A DNA stretch of 64,000 nucleotides from Amoebidium appalachense (Eukaryota; Protista; Ichthyosporea). Numbering within the stretch: position 1 is the first letter of the stretch; the number at the start of each line of letters is the position of its first letter. The translations under genes were made by a program, and so were the position numbers. The notes beneath the pieces are model-generated. The model had not been told where the DNA came from, made no database searches, and saw only the letters and a program-made list of their open reading frames with translations. Positions 1 to 10,735 of the stretch are shown here, in pieces. The DNA lies in NCBI GenBank assembly GCA_963693365.1, contig CAVNZM010000001.1, forward strand, positions 18,856,125 through 18,920,124. Direction: 5' to 3'.

Positions 1-1
1 T

Positions 2-1261
2 CAGTTGGTGTCCAAGGGCGTGCAGGACTCGGTGTTGACCTTCAAGCCCACAAAGACCCTCTTCCGGAGCAAGTATGCCCAGATCAGCAACTTCTCCATC
101 GAGTTCTTCCGCGTGAACTTCCAGACCGCCCTGGACTACGGCTCGACCTGTTGCAACTGTGAGATCAGCCGCTCCGGTGATCTGATCAAGGACCTGTGGA
201 TCCACTTCAAGGTCCAGGCCCTCAAGCGCGGCCCCCCGGGCTCCGACCTGCTGCCGTACAACGCCCACTTCGTCAACATGCTGCCCTATGCGCTCTTCAA
301 CCGCATCGAGCTCAATGTAGGCACCTACCGCATCGACCAGCACGTGGGCCGCCTGCTGGCCATGCTCGAGGACATCGAGACGCCCCCGGGCAAGGGCCTT
401 GGCATCGCCATCGGCAAGGCTGAACACGTCAGCCAGCTGCGCGACTGGGCCAACCACGACATGGAGTACTTCTTCCCGCTGCAGTTCTGGTTCAATAGGA
501 GGTACGGCGCCGCGCTCCCCATCGTCGCGCTGCAGTTCCACACCGTGCGTATCGACATCGACACCAAGCCGCTGCGCGACCTGATCAACGACGTCGGCGA
601 TCTGCAGCCGTCCTCGCAGACCGTGGGCAAGTATGGCGGCGCCATCTTCGACAGCAACGTCATCGTCGAGTACATCTTCGTCGACGAGCAGGAGCGTGCC
701 ATGTGGGCACAGGCCCAGCGCCACGACTACCTGGTCGACCTCTGGCAGGAGAAGATGTTCAGCGTGAACATGACCAGCACCGGCGGCCAGAAGCAGATCA
801 TCACACAGCAGCTCAACTTCGGCTTCCCCGTCAAGGAGCTGCTGATCGTGTGCCAGCCCCGCGCGCGCAACAACACCCCTGGCCGCAACGACTTCTTCAA
901 CTTTGCCAGCCCCGGCAAGAACTTCAACAACCCCTTGTACCTGCCGATCCAGAAGATCGACGTCAAGTACAACAACACGGGCATGCAGTACAACTACAGT
1001 GGTCTCTTCGCGCACAAGGTGCTTGTGCAGAAGTACCACACCCGCTCCCCCGCACTCAAGATGTTCATGGTCCCCTACGCGCTTCAACCCGAAGACTCCA
1101 TTCAGCCGACCGGATCAACCAACTTCTCGCGCATCGACACCATCGACCTCAACCTCGAGATGCACGAGTCCATGACCAACATGGTGGACTTCTGGGTCTA
1201 CGCAAGAGGTCACAACCTAGTGAGCATCAGTGGTGGGATGCTATCAATTCGATTTAGTTGA
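2..1261 (+). CDS. MCP: Nucleocytoviricota (NCLDV) double-jelly-roll major capsid protein, 5'-partial (start codon upstream of window)
   Basis: Frame open from nt 2 (QLVSKGVQDSVLTFKPTKTLFRSKYAQISNFSIE), resembling the NCLDV MCP N-terminus QLVAxGxQDxxLTxxPxxTFFxxxYxxxTNFxxE. Also has ISRSGDLI, PLQFWFNR..ALPIVALQFHTVRI, LNFGFPVKEL, YALQPEDSIQPTGSTNFSRID and a C-terminal NLVSISGGM. Intronless with strongly GC-ending codons; stop TGA 1259-1261. Confidence 0.95.
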   Translation, partial: QLVSKGVQDSVLTFKPTKTLFRSKYAQISNFSIEFFRVNFQTALDYGSTCCNCEISRSGDLIKDLWIHFKVQALKRGPPGSDLLPYNAHFVNMLPYALFNRIELNVGTYRIDQHVGRLLAMLEDIETPPGKGLGIAIGKAEHVSQLRDWANHDMEYFFPLQFWFNRRYGAALPIVALQFHTVRIDIDTKPLRDLINDVGDLQPSSQTVGKYGGAIFDSNVIVEYIFVDEQERAMWAQAQRHDYLVDLWQEKMFSVNMTSTGGQKQIITQQLNFGFPVKELLIVCQPRARNNTPGRNDFFNFASPGKNFNNPLYLPIQKIDVKYNNTGMQYNYSGLFAHKVLVQKYHTRSPALKMFMVPYALQPEDSIQPTGSTNFSRIDTIDLNLEMHESMTNMVDFWVYARGHNLVSISGGMLSIRFS

Positions 1262-1400
1262 TCACCCATACTAATCGATTCCAGTGTATACACAGATGAT
1301 GTTATGATGCGTGTAGAATTGTACCCTGCAAACAATCGATGTTATGCCATAGTGCGTAGAATTGGTCTGACGAACTTTATTTATTGTACCCATGCAAAGG

Positions 1401-1407
1401 TATAAAA
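1401..1407 (+). promoter_or_regulatory. TATA-like box upstream of the viral exonuclease gene
   Basis: TATAAAA ~60 nt upstream of ATG 1463, within the only AT-rich spacer of the viral segment. Confidence 0.3.
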
Positions 1408-1462
1408 GGCTCGGCTCGTCGTGAAAAACACGCTACTTTATTTTCTCGTCCAACCACTAGGC

Positions 1463-2332
1463 ATGTCCAGATTCCTGACCATCTACTGCACCGAGCTCGC
1501 CGCCCTTGCCGGCCGCCACCTCTACCGCAGCGTCCCCGAGGCCGTCGACGCCCTGCTCTGCCACAACGAACAGGCCGTGTTCCGCAGCTACCCGCACCTG
1601 CGCGGCCGACTGCGTGAGGCCCGGCTCAGGGAGGCCGCGAGCCGCAAGGCCGAGTTCCTCTGCCGCAAGCGCCATGCCGACACGCTCGAGAGCAGCCTGA
1701 CCAAGATGGCCAAAGCCGAGTCTGCCGACGAGCTGCGCTTCCTGCTGGACGACGCGCTGGCTACCATCGACGACCCGGACGAGCGCGAAATCGTCAAGGG
1801 CGTCATCTTCAAGACCCGCGGCCTGGACGGCGAGGACGCCGTGCTCGACGCGTACGAGAAGCTGACCGGCAAGAAGCTGACCGAACGCAACACGGTCTTC
1901 CGGAAGTCCAAGCCCTTCACCACGCGTGGCGGAGTGACATACCAGATCGGCGGCCGTCTGGATGCCGTGTGCGACGAGCTCGGCCGCCTCGTCGAGGTCA
2001 AGAACCGCGTCAACAAGTTCCACATCCCCGCCTACGACCGCATCCAGGTCATGGGCTACTTTGCCATCACCGGCCTGCAGGCCTGCGAGTTCATCCAGTG
2101 CCTCTGCGGGGAGCTGCAGACAGAGACCCTGACCTACGACGAGGACGCCTGGATCCCCGTGCAGCGCGCGCTCGAGGACACACTCGACCGCCACGTGACC
2201 CCCGACCCCGAGCCCGAGCAGGACGAGGAGCCCCCCCTCCCCCAGCCCTACCCAGACACAGGCTCAGCCCTCGTCTGCGTCGTCCGAGCCCGCCGTGTCC
2301 GAGTCGCAATAAATGTCGTTAAAGTATGGTAG
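1463..2332 (+). CDS. YqaJ-like viral recombinase / lambda-exonuclease family PD-(D/E)XK nuclease
   Basis: Motifs TRGLDGEDAVL (RGxxxE), GGRLDA (catalytic D), LVEVKNR (ExK) and YDRIQVMGY (QxxxY). ATG at 1463 preferred to GTG 1421. Intronless. The last ~25 codons overlap the convergent ORF. Confidence 0.85.
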   Translation: MSRFLTIYCTELAALAGRHLYRSVPEAVDALLCHNEQAVFRSYPHLRGRLREARLREAASRKAEFLCRKRHADTLESSLTKMAKAESADELRFLLDDALATIDDPDEREIVKGVIFKTRGLDGEDAVLDAYEKLTGKKLTERNTVFRKSKPFTTRGGVTYQIGGRLDAVCDELGRLVEVKNRVNKFHIPAYDRIQVMGYFAITGLQACEFIQCLCGELQTETLTYDEDAWIPVQRALEDTLDRHVTPDPEPEQDEEPPLPQPYPDTGSALVCVVRARRVRVAINVVKVW

Positions 2333-2760
2333 TGGCATGTCCAGCCGCCGGAGCACTGGCTCGTAGAAGTGCGCCGCCTCCACGTACTGGCAGAAACACC
2401 CGATGTCCTCTAGCTGCTTGGGGATGGCCTGCTCGCTCTCCGTGACCACGCCCCCTTGGACACGTACGTGCACGGGCTTCGGTTGCACGACACCACCTCC
2501 AACCACGCCTTGAACGCATTGCCTGGCCTCCGCACCCGCACGCGCGCCTTGCCACACACCCCCAACTCCCGCACCACGTCGCTAGACTCTCTGAACCGCC
2601 GGTACAGCACGCATGCCTGCAGGCCCTCGGGGGTCCTGGCCGCGCACACCGCCTTTGCACCGTGCGCGAGCAGCGACGCGGCAAACTCGCGCGCGTCGAC
2701 CTTCGCGTCAGTCTCGACCGCAAAGACCCGGGCCCGGCTGCCGTCGTGGCGATTATCCAT
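2264..2760 (-). pseudogene. Viral hypothetical protein with a 1-nt frameshift (real or assembly error)
   Basis: ORF 2760-2410 (MDNRHDGS...TYVSKG) joins the frame ending at 2264 (GVVTESEQAIPKQLEDIG...DDADEG*) if one G is added to the G5 run at 2451-2455. Codon style matches neighbouring viral genes. Confidence 0.5.
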
Positions 2761-2776
2761 GCTCCTACAAGCAATA

Positions 2777-2966
2777 ATGTCTGGGGAACACGATCCTCTG
2801 ACCGTGCGCTGTATGGCCTGGGAGTGCGACCGACCGCTGTCGATCCGTGTTTTAGGGGCCTTCCAGTGGGAGAAGGGCGGGCTGCGGTTTAAGAACGTAA
2901 CGGACCCCCTCCATTTTTTCTACCCGGGCCAGGCCGTCGCCGTGCAGCACCACGTCCGCACGATCG
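2777..2966 (+). pseudogene. Viral hypothetical gene truncated by LTR insertion
   Basis: ATG 2777 (MSGEHDPLTVRCMAWECDRPLSIRVLGAFQWEKGGLRFKNVTDPLHFFYPGQAVAVQHHVRTIV) lies 16 bp from the divergent ATG at 2760. The frame runs into the LTR at 2967 and no continuation is seen after 5662. Confidence 0.5.
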
Positions 2967-3572
2967 TGTCGTGGCAACAACCAGAGTGTATACCAACTAC
3001 TCTAACTATCTGCACGCTTAAAGGGGCTCGAAACCGTGTATACGTATAAACTTTTCTTTGAGTTGGGTGGGAAGCGAGTTTTTTTGTGTTCTGAGAAGAA
3101 CTTCCAAAAGCCCGCGACCCCGCGAGACACTTCACAGACACGCGGCCCACTGGCCAGACAAATACCACAGTGACATTCAGCCAATCACAACACTCCCTCC
3201 CCCACAGACTACACGCACTCCACACCATTGGCTACCGCGACCTCAGACACCCCTACAGCACTACAACACGTACACACGTTTACTCACAATACATATAAGC
3301 ATACACACACGCGAGCAGGCAACATGGGTCTCGCCACGCACACAGCAAGAAGCAATACAACATTTAACATGGAGAGTACGCAGAGGCATGGGGCATGCAC
3401 GCGCGCACCAAACAATCAGCCGCCGCTGCATCAGATTCTCCCCATACCACTGATTAATCTCCTCATACCCCATTTAGACCCCGGCATCACTATGCAAGAA
3501 AACCCCCGAAATTAACTCACCAAAACACAAAATATAGAAGTAAACTAATACGAATCAGCTCAGCACATGACA
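2967..3572. repeat. LTR copy 1
   Basis: Direct repeat of 5050-5662; TG...CA termini. Confidence 0.9.
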
Positions 3573-5049
3573 ACTCCCCCCTCGCACAGAAAATAACTGA
3601 GTTCCACCTCAGTAAAAACTACCCTAAAAACAAAATAAAGTTATGTGCTGAGCGACTACAACTACCGCTACCCATGCAGGAAGCAACATTTAACATATAA
3701 CATAAAACATATACATACATCCACACACCACCCCACCATGGTTAATACCCAACCCAACCCCAAAACAAGGATAATTATGAACCGCCACTGACGTTGCCCT
3801 GTAGATGCACCTCTGCCCCCGTCCACAATCTGCACCCAAAACCCCATGCCCCTGGCACAATGTTATATCGAGTGGAACATAGCAACAGACATGATAACAG
3901 ACACCATCCATACAACCACACTCAGCATGCCCCATCCACAAAGGATTCCTAACACAACCAAACATGCCGCTGACGAACACCTCCAGACTCATGTGGCGTA
4001 CACCTCCAGACTCTCTTGCTGGCCATTCCTCTACCCGACAAAGACTCCTACTACGTAGGTCCCGGTGGTTTGGGAATGCCTCCGCCCCAACCGTGCCCTA
4101 CCCAGCGGTGTGTCTAAGGCCTACTGCTGCACTGGGCACCACAACACTACTCAACAACACTACGGGCAGCCACTCCAAACTGAAGGGCCTCAACACCAGG
4201 CCCAGGGCAGCCACTCCAAGGGGCCTCAGCACCAGGCCCTTTGACGACGGGGGTTCACAACAGTGGGGGCCTGCCACTGCCATGACTACACCTCGACCCC
4301 CCCCCAGCCCCCTCGTCAGAGGGCCGAGCTCCCAGACAGCAGCAGGACTTTCTATTCCACTGACCCTAACCACACACGTCGCCAACACAGGACTCATACA
4401 CACGTCGAAAACGCCAGGCACCAGTAGAAAACTCAGCGAAAAAGAAACACCACACAACTCCCATACAACAACAACTTGAACAACCCAAGAGACGGCCTAC
4501 CCCCTAATAAAACCTTCATACCAGCAACACGGTCACCGACGTCCCTGCCCCCCGGGGCTGTTTACACCACGCGTTGCCCCCGCTCCTTGCAGTTGTCGCA
4601 GGTGCCTGGGAAAGAGCCTGGCGCCGGCTCTTGCTGTCCCGCCCAAAGACGCCAGCCTGGCCCATCTGTTATCCCGTTGTGGCCGTGGCTGGTAGGACTG
4701 GTAGCGCCGTGGGGAGGGTGACCGCCGCCGGTCCCCTCTGAGCCCTCTGCTGGACAAACGGCCCTGAGCTTGCTAAGTCACCTAGGGAGGTCAAGGTCCT
4801 TAGCGAGGACTAAGTCCCCTGTGATACTAGTCCTACTGCTCATGTTGCCTATGCCAACTGTTCCTAGCTGTAGGTCTGTGTGTGCGTATGTTTCTTCTAC
4901 CTCTAACCGTCGAAAAAAGTCCTAAGTCAAAACCACTCATAACCGCTAGTCCTGAAAAAAAAAACTAGGGGTGAAAGCAACAGCCCAGAAGGACTAACAG
5001 TGCGTGTGCCCCCTCCCTGCAAAAAACTGCAGAGAAAGGGGGTGTAGCT

Positions 5050-5662
5050 TGTCGTGGCAACAAACAGAGTGTATACAAACTACTCTAACTATCTGCACGC
5101 TTAAAGGGGCTCGAAACTGTGTATACGTATAAACTTTTCTTTGAGTTGGGTGGGAAGCGAGCAAAACGAGTTCTTAGAAGAACTTCGAAAAGCCCGCGAC
5201 CCCGCGAGACACTTCACAGACACGCGGCCCACTGGCCAGACAAATACCACAGTGACATTCAGCCAATCACAACACTCCCTCTTCCACAGACTACACGCAC
5301 TCCACACCATTGGCTACCGCGACCTCAGACACCCCTACAGCACTACAACACGTACACACGTTTACTCACAATACATATAAGCATACACACACGCGGGCAG
5401 GCAACATGGGTCTCGCCACGCACACAGCAAGAAGCAATACAACATTTAACATGGAGAGTACGCAGAGGCATTGTGCATGCACGCGCGCACCTTTAACAAT
5501 CAGCCGCCGCCGCATCAGGTTCTCCCCATACCACTGAGTAATCTCCTCATACCCCACTTAGACCCCGGCATCACTATGCAAGAAAACCCCCGAAATTCAC
5601 TCACCAAAACACAAAATATCATGATAAAAGCAAACTAATACGAATCAGCTCAGCACATGACA
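5050..5662. repeat. LTR copy 2
   Basis: Direct repeat of 2967-3572 with scattered substitutions and small indels. Confidence 0.9.
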
Positions 5663-5869
5663 ATTTGACGCAGCAGGGTTGGCTTGACCATTTTGCTGTT
5701 GCTTGGGGGGTGTGGTGAACGTTACTGTGGTGTGCACCTCGACTGTGACTGTCTGGCTCATGTTTGGTTGGTGAGATGTTGCCTGTGTGCGGCTGTTTAT
5801 GTACACGGCGGTAGGATGCAGGGTGCGTTTCTGGCCAATGAGGACCGTAATCCCTGTTCCCTGTGCCCT

Positions 5870-6039
5870 CATTGGACACCTAGAACCACATGTGCCTGTC
5901 TAGATTCCGATTGGACGCCTTGTGCAGCAATTTGCTTTTTTGAGCCGAATTATCATTGGCCGCCCTGCGCATCCGTAATACCATTGGACGCCTTGTACAT
6001 GGAATTCAGAATTCGAATTCCCATTGGACGCCTTGCGCA
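5870..6039. repeat. Five spaced copies of an ~18-bp CCAAT-containing motif (CATTGGACGCCTTGYRCA)
   Basis: Copies start at 5870, 5909, 5954, 5982 and 6022, separated by unrelated spacers. Confidence 0.75.
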
Positions 6040-6311
6040 AACCTTCGCATTCCTTTGATCCGCACTTGTGTACATGTACGCACCACATGTACGCGTACAC
6101 GTACGCGTACACGTGTTCCGCCCTCTCTCTCTTTAATTGTTTAATTCTTTAATTAAAACCACGTGCTCTGCACGTGTTTTACACACACACAGTGTGTGCA
6201 CGTGCTCATGTACATATATCCACCCATATCACATATCCCATATCGCGATATGTGTACACAGATATCACATACCTCATATTCACATATCCCATATCCTAAG
6301 GGGTGCGGATA

Positions 6312-6354
6312 ATGGTCGAGGTGACGTCATCTTTGATGACGTCACGTCGACCAT
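6312..6354. repeat. Near-perfect 20-bp-arm hairpin with two TGACGTCA (CRE-like) sites
   Basis: ATGGTCGAGGTGACGTCATC-TTT-GATGACGTCACGTCGACCAT; 19/20 arm positions pair. Confidence 0.8.
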
Positions 6355-6385
6355 GTGCCGCGCCCCTTATTGTAGTCTGCTAAAA

Positions 6386-6600
6386 GAAAAATTATTCTGC
6401 TGTCGAAGGCAGAAAAATTCTGCTTTTTGCAGAATAATTCTGCTAAAAGCAAAATAATTCTGCTGAAAGCAGAGTGATTCTGCTTTTGCAAAATAATTCT
6501 ACTAAAAGCAGAGTGATTCTGCTTTTGCAGAATAATTCTGCTTTTTGCAGAATAATTCCGTTTTTGCAGAATATTTCTGCTTTTTGCAAGTTGACTCTGC
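6386..6600. repeat. Tandem array of 11 palindromic 15-mers (GCAGAATAATTCTGC), ~19-20 bp period
   Basis: Units at 6386, 6409, 6429, 6449, 6469, 6488, 6508, 6527, 6547, 6566 and 6586. Confidence 0.85.
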
Positions 6601-6610
6601 CGATGTGGTT

Positions 6611-7582
<972 letters not shown>

Positions 7583-7680
7583 AGTCACTGCATACACACG
7601 TCAACCGTTGACACACAACTGCCTTGTCAAAGTCACGTACGTACGTATACAATGCTAATACATGATATACCTATAGACGC

Positions 7681-7894
7681 ACACACACACACACACACAC
7701 ACACACTACGGGTGGCACTGTAAACACACACGTGTGCACGAGTACGTAACACTGTACAAACACATGCACAGGGGCGTTCAAACAGGGAATTCCGGAACAC
7801 CGGATGTACCCATGTGGCGACACACTCCAGCGGCTCGAACTCCCGAGGTTTATGTTGCCGCGGGCACGGCCCACCCGCCCTGAGCCACAGAGTA
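7681..7894 (-). mobile_element. Possible tRNA-derived SINE or tRNA pseudogene
   Basis: Minus strand 7894-7823: A-box-like TGGCTCAGGGCGG with a GCTC/GGGC D-stem, B-box GTTCGAGCC, partial acceptor pairing TACTCTG/TGGAGTG. T-stem and anticodon arm are degenerate. Followed by a ~120-nt body and a (TG)n tail. Confidence 0.35.
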
Positions 7895-9421
7895 GCTAGA
7901 GCGCTCCGGTTCACGACATACGTGCCCTGCCCCTGCCGACGCGTAACGGTTGCCAGGGTCTGACAGGGCTATCCGTGTTACCCCAAACATAACTATTTAT
8001 CAAACTTCCTTCAGCAAATTGCTGGGTTCTTTTTTTATCAAGTTGATAAAATTAATTATAACCCTGAAGAGAAAAACAGGCGGCTATGTTTTTTCTGGAG
8101 TGCCATAACAAACATCAGATTATTTTTCCCTAGAGCTTTTTTTTTCTTTTTTTTCCCCCCTCCAATACCAACATTTTGTGAGATAAAAATGTGCCCATTT
8201 ACTTGCTAGGAACTCTAAATACGTACAAGCATCTCAAAGGGTTAGGCTCAAATCAAGTTGTTCATAGCAAATCCCCAAGGTCGAACAGCCAATCGCAAAT
8301 TCTGAAGATCAAAACTTAAGACTAAAATAGCGCGTAGATCCATATTTGGTCCGATTTTTGCTAAAACATTTTAACAATGGAAGAACATTTATAAAACTCT
8401 CTAAAACAATGTAACTATGGGTAAACTTAAGTTTAGGGGTGCGCAGCACAACAAAGGTCACGTGCAGCACAGGTCTACACAAGGGAGGGCCAAAAGACAG
8501 AATTTTCTCCCTGAGAGCGATCCTGATCGTACCCCGCATGGAACCGATGACGTCAACAAAATAATGCGACAGATGACGATAAAGCTGCGACAGACTGCAC
8601 CCAATGGTTACCCCCGGAATTAACGAGAGCTAGATGCAGTTTCTCCGGGTTATCTAGGGGCCGGGCCCGTTGGGATTGTTTTTTAGCTCAGATTGGGTCT
8701 GCATTGCTCTTTTAGAGGCTGACTTGCTTGCTGTGCCTCGGTAGGTTTTGAGGGGGGCCTGTTGGGAAGCAGCAGTAATGATGTCTTCTTGCGGAGTGTG
8801 GTCTGGTCAACATCGATGCATATGACTAGTTGGAGCAAACTAGTTTCACGCATACACGTACACTTAAGGTTTTGCCCGCTGGTGTCCTTTGTCACTTGTC
8901 GCTTTATTTTTATTTCGTAGCTTTGGCTTTTTCAGTTCTATTGGTGGTTATGTAGCCTGTGGCTGCACGTTGCCATCATCAACGGATCAATAAAAACGAG
9001 TCAAAAGGGAAAAAAAGAATTACGTTGCTAAACAAGTACGTTTGATTGGCTGCTTACGTATCGGCATTCTATTTGTATTGATCCGTAGCCAATTGCTAGG
9101 CGCACCGCGATCCTATGCCAACTAGCTACAGCGGAATTTCAAAGTGGGGGATCTGTTGAACACTGATTAGCTGTTCGAGTTTGGGTCTTGCTGTTGTTCA
9201 TTCAAACTCACTTTCGGGTTGCATTGCAACCCTGCCTACTCTAACTCAGTCGTACGTGATTGGGCAGGAAGGCACCACGTCCAAATATTTCAAATTCTCG
9301 CGCGTCCGCCCCCAGAGTCACCTCTGTCAGAGGCCCGGCCGGGGGGCATAAAAAGTTTACTTCGCCTTTGTCATAAGGTCATTGCGCGGTTTAGGAAAGG
9401 TTGTGACCAAGTTACGCAAGC

Positions 9422-10704
9422 ATGGATCCCAAGGTGGAGGCGCTGCAGGCCCGGTTGAGCGAGGACATGGCGGGTGCTATGGCCACATCTATCGTAGGTG
9501 CCAGACAGAGTGCAAGGGCAAAGGGGAAGGCCCCTCGGAGGGAAGGAGAGAGGGAGAGAGGATAAATGGGAGGGGGAGGGGAGGGGGAGGGAGGGAGGTG
9601 GGGGGGGAAGGGGAGGGCGAGGGGAGGGAGGGCTGTGGAGGGCGAGGGGAGGGAGGGAGAGAGTAAAGGAGGGAACGGGGAGAAAGGGAGAGGAGAGGGA
9701 TAGGGAGAGGAATAAGGGAGAGAAAGGAAGAGAGAGAGGGTGTGTGTGCAGTGGTTTTGGTTGCTTTGGTCGTAAGGCCTGGGAGGATATGGTGCTGGGA
9801 ACACGAGGGGGATAGGAGAAAGTGGGCGGTTGCGGAGGAGGGAGAAGGGGAGGGGGGGGAGGAGAGGAAGGGAGGGGGGGCTGCAGGGTAGGCTTAGTTT
9901 TGACACAGGGGCTTGAGAGATGGGTAAAAGGTCTTGAAAGAAGCTTCTCAGGGACTTCTATAAATGTTAATGTGTTGATCTTTTTCTGACCGAGGTCATA
10001 GTGTTGTGAAGACGGATTTGTGTGAAGGGGGAAAGAACTCTTAGGTTGCATGGTTTTGCTGTGAAGGCCCTAGGGAGAGTGCGATGAACTCGGGATGACG
10101 GAGGGGGAAAAAAGTCACGGTTCACGGAAAGCACATTGTTTTTCCAAAGGTAGATTTGTTAAAAATGATAGGTGCACGCAGGCTTGTTAATGCATTGGGA
10201 AGTGCCCTGGAAGGTTTAGAACGAGAAGAGATGTTTTTAAGCTTGGCGAGTGAGAGGGTAAACAGGAGATTCTGGGTGGTGTAAGAGCTCTAATATTGAA
10301 AAGGAGGACGTGAGCATGCATACAGTAAGCTGCCTTTAACGAAGCATACTCACTGCAGGGCTATATAGGGGACACCTGTGGTCTCTTTAAGGCACTTGCC
10401 AAATTAGGACCGTGTGGTCCGGCAGCCCTTGAGCAAGAAACGAATCTGAACGAGAGATATGTGCTGGAGTGGTGCCGGGCGGCAACAAGCAACCACTATG
10501 TGGAATACGATGCAGAAAAAGACGTGTTTTTCATGACTGATGCACAGAAAACGGTGGGTGATGTGCTAATTCTAGAACGATTATGAAAATGAGAGGAAGG
10601 GGGGGGGGGAGGCATGGGAATAAAATTTAAACAGCAGGGCGGTTGGGTTGTTTGGGTGGTTTGGATAATTTGGGGGGAGCGGAGGGTATGGGGCAGGTTG
10701 TCGG

Positions 10705-10735
<31 letters not shown>

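Larger units (their letters stand above)
1..2966. mobile_element. Right end of an endogenous giant-virus (Nucleocytoviricota) element
   Basis: Gene-dense, intronless, CpG-rich, microsatellite-free block with MCP and YqaJ, contrasting sharply with the intron- and homopolymer-rich DNA of the rest of the window. Confidence 0.85.
2967..5662. mobile_element. Non-autonomous LTR retrotransposon-like element (TRIM/LARD type)
   Basis: Two near-identical ~610-bp direct repeats (2967-3572, 5050-5662), each TGTCGTG...CATGACA (TG...CA with imperfect terminal inverted repeat). The ~1.5-kb interior has no recognisable gag/pol. A polypurine tract abuts LTR1 on the minus strand (3573-3584). No TSD (GATCG vs ATTTG). 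Confidence 0.85.

Noticed and set aside
1457-2194. 245-aa antisense ORF (likewise 51121-52047 and 26589-27155)
   Set aside because: Shadow ORFs from GC-biased codon usage on the opposite, recognisable gene
4699-4709. TGGTAGCGCCG, resembling the yeast initiator-tRNA primer-binding site
   Set aside because: Not adjacent to either LTR end; probably chance or a remnant of another element
5870-6039. CRISPR array
   Set aside because: Repeats are only ~18 bp and degenerate, spacers 10-27 bp and irregular, context eukaryotic, no cas genes
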